Shown: one piece after another, positions 25,101 to 37,464 of the stretch
Position numbering within the stretch: position 1 is the first letter of the stretch
How the letters are laid out: every line of letters starts with the position of its first letter
Assembly: GCA_032718475.1 (NCBI GenBank)
Contig: JAUCBJ010002021.1
Location: 1-64,000, forward strand
Direction of reading: 5' to 3'
Length of the DNA stretch: 64,000 nucleotides
From: Nemertoderma westbladi
Lineage: Eukaryota; Animalia; Xenacoelomorpha
The notes under the pieces: model-generated
Seen by the model: only the letters and a program-made list of their open reading frames with translations
Told to the model about the DNA's origin: nothing
Database searches by the model: none
Translations under genes and position numbers: made by a program

Positions 25101-26830
25101 TTAGTCCTGTTCTTGAAATCACCCCTTCGGTGATAGAGACACCTGTGCTCCCTGAACCTACCTCTAAATTCCCTCTGCACAGCACCAAGCTACCTGTGCC
25201 CAGCAGAACAGCCCATGAGACAGTTCATGTCCTGGACTCCGAGCGTAATATTCATGATTTGTCGCCCGTTGTCCCTCGTCCGCCCGCTACAACGTTGGCG
25301 ACTCCCGCTTCGGCGGTCGAATGGGTGGATGAGAGACGACGGGGGATGGATCTCCTGCTCGGGCAGATGCAGGAGACCGTTCAGCAATTCAAGGGCACAG
25401 TAAGGGAAAGTAGGTTAGAGTTGCAAGAAGTGCAGCAAAGTATCGCGTTAGAACGCGATAAATTAGTAAATACACAAAAGGGTATACCACCACCCTCGGT
25501 AACGATGTGTCAACCTGTTAGGTCTGAAGTATCTCATGCGCAAGGTGTGGAGCCTACACGCATCTATACTGCTAGCGAAGTAGAAACTCCTATAGTGAAC
25601 CCTATTAAGGGTAATTATAGACCTGTTGATAATGATATTCCCTATAGACCTGATCATAATCCGAGAAATTTATATACTGATAACTCGATATTAAATAACA
25701 CGATGGCCCAAGAAAGTTTTACGCGTCAAATGGCTAGAACCGAAGCCCGGCAAGCGGTAAAGGTGGGAGAGATAGTCAAGTTCAATGGAGATGAGATGAA
25801 ATGGTTACCTTTTAATGAATATTATAAAGATAACATACAGAACTCTGTACTATCTAATGGAAAGAAACTTAGATTCCTCATCGAGTGCTTGGAAGGATCT
25901 CCCAAGTTAATGGCGTTAAAGTTTATTGGACATCCAGACGGATTAAGACAAGTTTGGGATACACTAAACATCAGGTATGGTAATAGGAATAACATAGCTA
26001 AATATTTGTATGCAAAATTAGTAGCGCCCCGAAAGTTCATTAGCAGCGGGATAATAGAGTTTTCCGATGAGATTCAAGAGATCTGTAGACAATTAGATTG
26101 GTTAGGTAAGTCTCATGAATATCAGAGTTCTATGGTTATTGGAGCCGTGGCTTCTACTTTACCGAAGGGTGGAGTAGGTACACGCTGGGATAAGAAAGTG
26201 TTATATATGATGGAACAACAACAACGAGACCCTACCATGGCTGATCTCATGTCATTCTTGGATGGCGAAGTGAAATTACAGCTCATAAAGCAGTCCAGAG
26301 AGAAGACACCGGAAAACAAGGTAAGTGAGAAACCCGTCTCCAGGAGAAAGGTAACACCAGTGTGTTATACAGACGACGGCGAAAGCCAGACTTCTCAAGG
26401 AGAGGATAGCGGGAAAGACACTGAAAGATCTTATTATGTCAATAAAATGCCTAAGTAAATTCAAGTCTCGAACCAATGACAGGAGAGAACAGGTAAGAAA
26501 AACTCCTCCTACATCTCCTAAGAGAATTCAGGTGAGAAAGCCCGAAGAAAGAACGAGTGTGCACAATGTTATTCAAAATAAGGTAAGTAACATCAAACCG
26601 AAATGTGCGCTATGTGACAGGACCCACCGTTTGAATATGTGTGATGAATTCCTGAAGAAATCATTAGCGGAGAGAGGGGAAGTCATGTGGGATAAGCGGT
26701 TGTGTTATAATTGCCTCAGACAAGGACACCAATGGCGAACCTGTTACTCTGACACAAGGTGTGCCAAGTGCGGTGCGAAACATCATATCTTGTTGCACAC
26801 TGAATTCGAGCGAAATAGTCCGAGTCAGGT
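22136..26830 (+). pseudogene. gag of copy C (long N-terminal extension, Ala/Glu/Lys coiled-coil repeat, capsid-like region, Zn knuckles)
   Basis: ORFs 22124-22786, 23945-26458 and the start of 26436-29171. Interrupted by a 1.25-kb insertion and by an ~8-nt deletion at ~26450 relative to copy B. Confidence 0.9.
22782..24035. mobile_element. Unclassified 1.25-kb insertion in gag of copy C
   Basis: Removing it restores ...SSMERLKEQLFQQ, matching copy B SSLERLEDHLFQQ. No recognisable ORF, TIR or TSD. Confidence 0.75.
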
Positions 26831-29800
26831 AAGTGATTCCGAACTACATGTCCAATTCAGTGATGTGAACGACACTGATCAATCTGAGATGGTAGGATTC
26901 TATACGGATGAGTTCTCCGACGAAAACGAATCTTGTTACATGATAAATACCGCAGTGTATCGAGCACTCACGTATGAAAAAGATACAGACAGCGACCTCA
27001 CCCTAACTACTTCTGATCAACAACCATCTTGGAAAGCGCCAACTTCCAATGTAGGAATCCGAGAATTTCCTGTAGTACAGGTAAGGGTCCACGGACCTAA
27101 AAGGAGTTATGTAGTGAACGCCCTCCTTGACTCTGGTAGTACAGGAACATTCATCGACAAAGAACTAGCCGAAGACATCTTTGCTGGACAACCCAAGTTC
27201 CGAACTAAGCTAAACATGTCAGGAATTATGCAGGTTTGGAAATCTACAGTAATCGCGGATTATTATGTAGGTGCGTTGTCCACCCCCCAGGATGAACTAG
27301 GAGAACATAGCATAAGGTCAGTGAAAATGGTGGCGATAAAGAACTTCGCTACCACCCAAGTGGAACCTTATAACTGGGACGAGGACGATTTCACCCAGCA
27401 GCTGGAAATACCTAGATTCGACACCGATTACCCTGGAGTGCAAATACTCATCGGTCAAAACGCGCATGAAGCGCTCGAGACATTGGAGAAACGGCCCGCT
27501 CAACCGCAACCATTACAACCTTATGCAGTAAGAACTAGAGTGGGTTGGTACTTTACTGGCCCTTCCCGTAGAACTCTCATGGAAAGATTACTGAAAGATC
27601 AGGTATATCAAGTGCGAGAATGGGAAGTTGAGAACAGTGAGTTAGACGATCCAACTGAGGGAACTCCATACTCCTCAGACAACGACGATATACACCAACT
27701 CTTCGATGAGGAGAATACAATCGATCTCCTTAAGGAAAACGAGACTTGGCAAAACCAAGTGAACTTATGTCAGCTCCTTCGTCCATCAGAACGAGACGAC
27801 TATAACGACGAACTTAATGACGTCATTGAACGTTATAATGCCAAGACTCGGGATGAACACGCCGTACGATTCTTTACTCAAGAGGCTGTAGAGCCCAATT
27901 CCTACGATAAGGCCCTATCGGTAGAGGAAGAAAGAGCCAAGCAGATCCAAGAGACAACTACACGTTTTCTTAAAGATCAAGGTAGATATGAGATCGGGCT
28001 ACCTTTCCGAAAGCGAGAACCAAAGTTCGTAAACAACAGACCCTTGGCAGAGAAAAGAATTGCTCAACTACATCGACGCCTTACGGCAAATTCTTCAGCT
28101 AAAGAAATGTATCAAACGCAGTTGAAGAAGTTTATTAGCAAGGGATATGCGGAGCTAGTACCGGAAGAAACACCTATAACTGAGAGAACGTATTATTTAA
28201 CTCACCATTACGTTCCCAAACCCGGTAAACCAAATGAGGTACGAGTGGTGTTCGATGGCTCCGCCCTCTATATGGGCCAATCCCTTAATTCTGAATTGCT
28301 ACCCGGACCCAACTTACTCCAATCATTGTTGGGAATACTTTTAAGATTAAGACAATATTCCATTGCTTTTGCCTCAGATATAGAAGGCATGTTCTTACAA
28401 GTCAAAGCGCTGGATAGGGATCGAGATAGCCTACGATTTCTGTGGTGGCCTGAAGGAGACCTCAACCAGAAACCGGTGGAGTACTGGATGACCATCCAAG
28501 CTTTTGGGATAATCTCGAGCCCTTCAAACGCCTGTTCCGTGGTGCGCACCACTGCGGATGATAACCGAGACGCCTTCTCTAAAGAGGTGATCGACAATAT
28601 CAAACGAGACATCTACAAGGACAATAATCTAAAGTCCCTTCCATCAGTCGAAGAAGCCATTGAGGTCGCTAAAGGAACGGTAGAGTGCTTAAAAAGAGGT
28701 GGATTTCGATTAACTAAATTCACCAGCAACTCCCGTGAGTTTCTGGAGTCGATCCCGGTAGAAGATCGAGGAGCAAAAGACCTGGATCTAATAAAGGATG
28801 ATCTCCCAGAAACTAAGACCCTTGGTTTGAAATGGGACACAGAAAGAGATATCCTGTTTTTCCAACTAAAACAGCGAGATAATCCAGTTCGGACTAAACG
28901 GATTTGTTTAAGTATCCTGAGCACTTATTTCGATCCATTGGGATTTATTAGCCCAGTTATATTGATTGCTCGGAGTTTAGTTCAACAAATGTGGCTTGAA
29001 AACCACTCATGGGACGATCCACTTAAGGGAGAATTATTAAAGAAGTGGATGAAATGGGAGGATTCTCTACCAGCCATCGAGAACTTTATAATTTCCCGTT
29101 CATATTTTGGTCATGTTCTACGTATTCCTATCAACTCCATGTGTTTGGAGACGCCAGCGATATGGGAATAGGTATAGTAGCCTACCTAAGGGTGGAAACT
29201 CCGGACGGAATCAAAGTCGCCTTGGTTACCTCTAAGGCATTGATAAACAACAAGTTGAAAGTTCCTCGAGCGGAGTTAAAAGCGGCTCTATACACTACAG
29301 CCATCGGCCGGAATGTAACAGAACAGATCGACTATCCACTGGAGAAAACTGTCTATTGGACCGATGCTTTACTCGTGTTGGAGTATATAACCAATGAAGT
29401 CTGTCAGTTCAGCGTCTTCGTTACCAACAGAGTAGCTATTATACTCAGTCGCACAACGATGGATCAATGGAGACATTGCCCCGGAACGATTAACCCAGCA
29501 GATATCGCCTCCAGGGGAGCAACTCCACAAGAACTGGTAGATACTCCAGACTGGCTAGGTGGACCCGGCTTCCTCTACAAAGAAGAAGAAGAATGGCCTC
29601 CTCATCTTACTACCACAGAGATTAGACAGGCCAAGGGAGCGGAGAAAGTCAAACCTAAAACTCGGGCGAGTAAATCGAAGTTATTCAAACCTATGGTAGA
29701 TCTGTCTGTACTACATACTTCCGGAGACGACGCTTTGGATCAGAAACCCACAGCCACAAATAAACTTGTTGTGGAAATCCGTGATAAGGATTGGAAATCT

Positions 29801-31467
29801 GGAATACCAGACGTCTCGCAAGGACTCTCACCTCTTCTGCAGAGAGCGATACATCACTACAGTTCCTGGAATCGACTCTGTAAGGCCGTTACATATTTAA
29901 AGAGATGTTTTCACCATCACTACTCCGGGATGAAAGCCAAAGGTGATACCGCTCCAATAACATCAGTGCAGGTCCATGTTATTAAAGATCTTCCCAAATA
30001 TAAGATACCGACAGGTTTCTGAAGGAGAAGATCAGTTATCAAGAGCATGACGAAACCAACAAGCAGATGCTGAGACTCCTGCAATGCTCTGAGGATTCCG
30101 ATAAGTATTTCCTGTTGTTGAAAAATCCACAGATGCGCTTAAGGGATCGTTTCTCTAGCACAATGATAGATGGGTTGATACGTGTTGGAGGAAGATTAAC
30201 GAATGCGCCATTATCCTTTGACACTAAGTTCCCCATACTCATTAGAAATCTTGAAATACAAGTCAAGATGATTGTAGATGTTCACAGCAAACTTTATCAT
30301 GCTGGTAGAGAACGAGTTCTTAGCGAAATTCGAACTCGCTATTATTTTTATAAACCCCGTAGAGCTCTGAACCAAGTTCTTAGGAACTGTATACCCTGTA
30401 GGAAAGCATTCAGTAGGCCTTTAACACAGCGAGAGGCAGAATTACCTAGGGAACGAGTAAGCTTCTATGAACCACCCAAAACTAATACCGGTGTAGATTT
30501 ATTTGGCCCTATTGAAGTATATCGTGCTAGGACTATAGTCAAGAGATGGTGTGTAATCTTTGTTTGTATGACTTGTAGAGCCATCCATCTCGATATGGTG
30601 AACGATTTATCTACCAACAGCTTTCTATTAAGCTTACGACGACAGATCGCTCGCTTTGGCACTAGTAACACGATGAGATCTGATAAGGGAACAAACTTCA
30701 TTGGTGCCAACAATGAAATCAAAGCTTACGTCAAAGATTGGAACCAAAGACAGGTGGACGATCAGCTACGAGTAACAGCATCTAGCTGGACCTTCAACGC
30801 CGCCGACGCCCCTTGGTGGGGAGGAAGTTGGGAGAGATTAATAAGAAGTGTGAAGACAGCATTTCACTTTATAGTGCCTTGCCGCGCGTATCTCACCGAC
30901 GAACTTTGGCGGACGTTAATGGAGGAAATCGCCGCCTATCTCAACGAGAGACCGCTTATGCCAGTCTCATCAAGTCCCGATTCCCTGGAAGCGCTAACAC
31001 CCGCGCACTTCCTACTGAAGAAACCTGTAGCCATGCTCCCACAATCGGAAATCACAGACGGAGACGAATACTGCCGGCAAACTTGGCAACTTATGCAGTT
31101 GTTATCCCATCGTTTTGCTGACCATTTCGAAAAACATTATCTGCCCACGCTACAACTTCGAACTAAGTGGTTTGCGCAGCAAGAAAACGTCAGCGCTGGA
31201 GACATGGTTCTTATTGTGGATGTAGATCTTCCACGTAAGCGGTGGCAGACAGGTCGTATAATCGAGACTCACATCTCGGATGACGGTTTGGTGCGATCGG
31301 TAGAACTCGTCGTCATGCGACGTAACTTCAAGAAACCGGGAATTGTCTTCGAGACACAGCAGCTCAATCGCCCAGCCCAGTTGGTCGCTTATGTTTACTG
31401 GAAAGAGACAGAGAACTCTCCGGAAACTATGGGAGGCAAGATACTCTCCCCACGACCACCTCCCTAA
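26831..31467 (+). pseudogene. pol of copy C: protease, RT, RNase H, integrase (frameshifted)
   Basis: ALLDSGS (PR); YYLTHH, VRVVFDGS, DIEGMFLQV and non-canonical YKDN (RT); LHVFGDAS, VPRAEL, YWTDA (RNase H); HHCC, GVDLFGP, RSDKGTNF, WGGSWERL, YLPTLQLRTKW (IN). Breaks at ~29110 and ~30020. Confidence 0.95.
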
Positions 31468-33133
31468 TCCAACAAACATCTAGGGACACCCCAACTTAAC
31501 AACGGGTGGAGTGGGTGTATGACTATATTTTATATTTGTTTTATTCTTTTATATTTATGTATGTATTATTATGTAATTTTATTTTAATCGTTTTATTTAA
31601 TTTTATTTAGTAGCATGTTATTTTAGCGATTATTTAGTAGATTAGTGCAATAGATTCGCGTTTATTACGTAATTACTTATATTATATATTTAGTGCGACG
31701 GCGAGAAACAATTCTTTTTCTCTTTCCTTACTGTCCGTATTACATTATAAATACGTGACTACAGTAAGATGAAATATCCGTGCTTATTAAAGTACAATAA
31801 AGCCACTACTATATTCAAGTATTATTGGTAGGCAGAGTATTAGGAATGCAAAGTTCAGATCCTCGTGTCTCGGCTAAACCAAGCTCTGGGTAGACCTTGG
31901 AAACGACTTGCCTCTTCACACTGACATTGCTTCGTGCGATATTGCTCTCATACCGTATATTAAATAATACATATAGTAGCGTGATGTCCCTTTTAACAGT
32001 AGCGTAAAACGCAAAAATAAATCTGTTAAACCCTTTGACCATCTGCAATTCTAGTCGATTAAGATATCGTGGCACCCTCCGATATACTTGAAAGACAAAA
32101 TTCTAGAATCAGTGGTTAACGTCCCCAGACAAGTTCTGGAATAAACTGGTGCCCATCCTAAATATTAATTATTAATATTTACAAAATCTGTCAAATTTTA
32201 GATCCTTTAAAATTCTAGTCGATTAAGGTATCGTAGCACTTACCGATACTCTTAAAAGGACAAAATTCCTAGAATCTAGGATCCCAGTCCCCAGATATGC
32301 TCTGGAATAAAATTACGTCTATTTAACATTAAATAATAAAATTTACGGGAATAAATTTAAATTCATATATTTCAATGAATTTAATAAATTGTCATTTTAT
32401 ACAATTTATAACATTCCCAAAATTCCATTAATTAATAGATCATGGGAGCGGAGATTCACTCTATTAAGTGTATTTGTGTGCGAGAATCTCCAATGTATAG
32501 TCAATAGCCGATAAAATTCATAGAATCATGTATAAAGGGGATATTGACCACTAAAGAATTACTATTAAATAGCATCCCAGATCTGTATGCATGAGAATTA
32601 CCCTAATTCTACCGCTAGCTTTCCATAATGTCACCATGGCAACAACCACGCTAGAATTAGAAGTGAGTTAAAAGAACAATAGAAGGCTTGCCCCATTGAA
32701 TAGCATAGTGAATAAATAGCGCACTGCTAGTATCCAAGGATACATAATAACAACGTGACATTCTGGAAGGTACTGACTAACGGACAAATGGCCCGAATGT
32801 GTGCAGTTTGTGGCATGAATAGTTTGTGGCATGGCGTGTTGTAGGCGAATGTTACTACTAAGGTGTGTTTACAGTAGCGAGTCGCAATTGTGAAAGTAGC
32901 CCTAACTCTCCAGAAAGAACCTGAAGTACATCTAAGCCTTTGGGACGGACAGTGGAGTGACTTGTGCCGGTTATCATTGTCGTTGTGTAGCTACATCGTT
33001 GGCGAAAGCACAGCGACGACGGTACATCGGCGCTGAGGATCTTACACTGTCCGGGGGCAAAAGAGGGGTAGGCAGCGACGCCCGTTAGCCTAATATATAA
33101 ACTCATTATAATATTGATAAACTCATAGCAGAT

Positions 33134-36100
33134 ATGACTGAGTTGATAGAAGATGATCTTGGTATCAGGGAGCGATATACTCTACCTTTACAAGCATTTG
33201 TTGATAGCTTGATACGCGGCGACGCTGGTCCAACTACTATGGAGGATGATGGTCGATATATCGAACCGCCAATGTCCCCGGAGCAACTTACGCGTGAATT
33301 GGATTATAGAAAGTTCACCGCTCGTTACACGCATCGTAATGGTACGTATATGGACTTCTTAACTACCGGCCATCCTATCGATTTACACGATACGGACGAT
33401 GTGGATACCGAAAGGGAAATGGTTTTATTTAAATATCATACCCAGCGGAGTCGGAACGATAAACCAAGAATAGAACACGAGAACTCTATTCGAAACAGAC
33501 TCGAAAGGGAAGACGTTGAAGAGCCGGATAAACGCAGCGACTTCAACGATTATCTGGAATTCTTGAGAGAGACATACCTCAATATTGCCAGTCAACAAAA
33601 TCTCGAAACTCGATATCCTCAAGGTATACATCATGATCCTATGATAGAACTCAAACGACTCTATTTCACTATGATGTATCTTACCGCCGATCGACCGCTA
33701 CCTGTCGTCCCAGATAGCTTCGAACAGATGGAGGAATATTGTAAAACTGGAGAACGATCACCCGCGTTTCCTCTGCAGGACGTGCGTCTTTGGTATTACT
33801 GCGACGAATGCCCTAGACCCAATCAGCAAACGGAAAGACATAAACATCCGCGGAGACGTTGCGCTAAACACAGTTTTACACGATATACTTATGGGAGTTT
33901 CGAGCGAAACCTGTTCGACGTATCCCCTACGGTCGCTCGACTCAAACGATCCTTGAACAAACCGATGATCAGAGTTCCGGAATACTCGGTCAGACCTCCG
34001 CATTCCTCAGTTAGACCTCAAACTCTTGATCCTAATAGTATCACGGATCCTCCCGAACTGTACTCACTGTTCAAAGATCTAGTGTTACCCGAACAGTTGA
34101 TCGGTGGCACTCCGGTAGTAGGCTCACTAGATATTCGCCAACCCTACCTAGCTGGATTGGGACGCGGTCATCTAATATCGCCGTTTAACCCATACAACCG
34201 TCCCGGCTTCACCTCGATCCAACCCGTTACGGAAGTCGAAGAGAGCGTCGTACGAAACGCATTAGACGCTATTCGGCAGAAAATCGGAAAAGGAACGTAC
34301 GATTGTTTGGAGAAACGTAAATTGCAACAACAAGTCCAAGCGGTGAAGGAATTAGCTTTCCCCAGTTCGATAGAGAAATACAAAATCTCGAGGAGGACAT
34401 CGAACGTGGACGAACCTACTCTTTACAAGAGTTCCTAGATGAGCGTCTACAACAACAAGCGGAGGAGAATCAGCTCGAGGAGAGACATATAGAACTGGAT
34501 GAGAGAGAAGAAGCAGCTTTAGCTCAACCCGAAGCGCAAATCCTTATGACGGATCTCTACTCTAAAACCATCCTTCATCCCTCGATGGTTCCCCATTTCG
34601 GAGACAAACTTTTTGCGACGGCACAACCCCAACCGGTTGATATCAACCTAAGATCTCGAGATCTTATCGCTGACGCTCCCATGTTGCAGCGTCCGCCCAT
34701 CGAAGCCGCTCGTGTTGATGGTATACTCGTTGAACCTCCCGACAATAGAGCGGATCTTGTCCGTCGCATGGTACACGATGTAAACATACGCGCTAGACCT
34801 TTACTGGACTCGTTTTATGGGATCAAAGATCACCCTTATTACGTCAATCTAGCACAATATTACATGGTAAAACCGGAAGATCCTACACATAGTCTGAAGT
34901 TTCTACCACTAATAAATCCTCTCGATCTTGTCGAACTCGAACAACTGCAGAAACATCTGGATCAGTTAGTTAAAGTAAACTCATTTCGAAAACCATATAA
35001 TGTTTCCAGAATAGAGAAAGAAACAATACCTCCGTATAATCTTGATGGATTCATCAAAACTCATTTAGTGCACTGGAATCTTGACGTGTTATTCGAGGAA
35101 GAAAGAATACAACGATATGGAGATGTGGAAACCTATACCACACAATATTTAAAGTATAGAGACCTACCTAATGCTAGCGAATGCGCTACCTTGTGGCATC
35201 CTGTGGGAATGACACTCGAAAATGCCACAAAAGAGTGGAACGAAACTCTTAACGTTATCGAGATGTATGGAGTTGTCACTTACGATAACGAAGGTAGCGT
35301 TCCGGTTGGAGAACTTGGAACTACGCGGATGATACACATACGAGGACTCGCTGGTTCTACCCACGTATTTACTCGAGCGTGTTCCGATGTGATTGATTAT
35401 TCTTTTGAAACTCTTACTGAGACACAAAAGAAACTCCGACATGGACAATTCGAACTCGCGCAGCGTTACGTCACCGATACCGAGCGCAAACCGGCCATGG
35501 GTATCGATGGATCGATGTTACCCCAACCCGTGCTCGAGATGTTGTTTAACGAAAGAATCCTTAAAATCGGCTCAGCTGTTTATGGAGACCTACAGAACGA
35601 CTTTCGGAATATGGAGAACATTCCATACCCCTTCGTTGATACTCAGCTGATTGCTCCCTGGGCAGAAGGCCGAGGTTTCTTCCGCACTATGTATGCCAAT
35701 ACACCCAGCGGAATTACTAAAGTACAACGAACCTCCATCGGACATCTTGCCTTTCAAGAATACAGATGGAATTTCAAGGTTGGAAATCCTATCAATTGCC
35801 AACAAGTATACAGAGATCATTATTCTCGTTTATACTTTGATGGACCATTGACCGCACCTGGCGCCATGTATAGCTTTATGAGTGTTCCACTCCGTCCCTC
35901 CTTAGCTATATACACGATCTTTGAAAACGCAGCACTTGCCGGTTGGCTAGCCGATGTGTGCAGTCGTACCATACGCGCCCATCCCTTAATACTTGGAACC
36001 AAACTCGCCAAGTTAGATGAACACAATAAATTCATCCGCTTCGAATGTTTCAGGCGCTTTCTGACTCCGTTCCGTAACGTTGATAGTCAGTTCAAGGACC

Positions 36101-37386
36101 GCGCTCTGACCAAACTCAGCCTAAGAGACTCGGCTGCGGAGAAGCTAAACAGCGCGGGATTTGCCCTCTTTCAGGACGTTTGTATACAGAACTTACATTC
36201 ATCTGTTATACAAAGACCCCGAATACCCACGGGTTATTCTGTCGTGGAAGTTCAGACAGTGGGTCCGCTTGCGGAGACAGCCGCACCTACCTCAGCTATG
36301 CAATTGGAAGACGAACCAATATGCTTAGAAGCTGAAGAGATTCAGCCTACAGCGCCCCGGAGCAGGGATAACGACTATATCTTAGAGTGGTATCAAGGTC
36401 CACAATGTCTCACCGCATACGATTATCGACACGCTAAATATGTTTCTCGAAAACATTGTCGATTATGCGCATCGAGAGACCATTTCACCCCTATGGACTC
36501 AGACGTACCCTGCTCCTATTTCCACGAACACCCGATGATGGAGATATATTGTGCGTATTGCAGACTTAATAACTCTCATATTTTTGCAGTCTGCCCCCAA
36601 TTTATGACTCAATGCCACCACTGTCAACTTAAAGGACATGCCAGTTATAATTGCCCCTTTAATCGCGATTTAGAGAGCGTAGATGAGATGATTACCCTGC
36701 GCTACATCCGAGCTTGGGAAGCGAACGCGGATTTACATTGTGAGTCCCGCCATCGCTACTACCCTGGACGCTCTTACGAGGGAGTTTACGCGTTCCATCC
36801 TTATTTATTTGCGTCTGTGGAACAAAAAACACGCACACCGAGTTACGAGATAATGAAGCGTGTTGGTGAGTGTATTTCCACCAAATTTGTTCGAAGATAT
36901 CTTAGGAACGTCAATCCTAACGATATTACTTCATACCATTTGATTAATTACATCCGTCAAGACCCTGAGTATGGCGATTTATTTATCAACTCGCACCCTG
37001 AGTTACAGGAAGTATCTCGACGGCCCTACGAATATCGAGCCCGAGAACGTGAGCTGGAAAGAACCATTAAACCAAGGAAGTTTCTCACCACTCACGGTCC
37101 GCCTACCGCCATTGTCCAGACGACCCGTCAAGGACCCGTAGGAGCTGCTGTCCTAAGACGCGCCCTAAAGGCCGTTAGACCTCGCTCCACTGAAGTTGAT
37201 ATCGATCAACCAGGTACCTCGACCGGCGGATACACCGATCGCAATCCGAAACCTTCTGATGCAATTGTATTGCACCCTTCACCCAGGAGTTACAGCCCTC
37301 CTAGTAAAGTGGCTCGCCCCAAAGAGAAAAGGACTCTTGCTAGCCTCAAAAAACTGCGTAAACGCCGTCCGCGTAAGAAAGACTAA
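33134..37386 (+). CDS. Accessory ORF3 (~1,420 aa; split here into 434 + 946 aa by a 1-nt deletion): DEDDy 3'-5' exonuclease-like domain, 3 CCHC-type knuckles, basic C-terminus
   Basis: VVTYDNEG; LPQPVLEMLFNERILKIGSAVYGDL..FVDTQLIA; SIGHLA; PLRPSLAIYTIFENA; CHHCQLKGHASYNC. Copy A reads through the junction in one frame (ELALSQFD versus ELA-FP/QFD). Confidence 0.82.
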
Positions 37387-37464
37387 CTGTTTAGAGTATT
37401 TTTATATTTTAGAAACTGTGATTTGTTATATTTTATAGACTTAAATCCCATTTTCTGGGAGCGG

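Noticed and set aside
26436-26470. Programmed gag-pol frameshift
   Set aside because: Copy B reads through (NKTRKDVSKSKSR); copy C has a small deletion, and BEL elements usually encode a single polyprotein.
34350-34370. Programmed -1 frameshift (T TTC CCC) between the 434-aa and 946-aa ORFs
   Set aside because: Copy A has one more base here and reads through in a single frame, so this is a 1-nt deletion in copy C.
33134-37386. env gene
   Set aside because: No evident signal peptide, fusion peptide or transmembrane anchor; the motifs indicate a nuclease and zinc knuckles.
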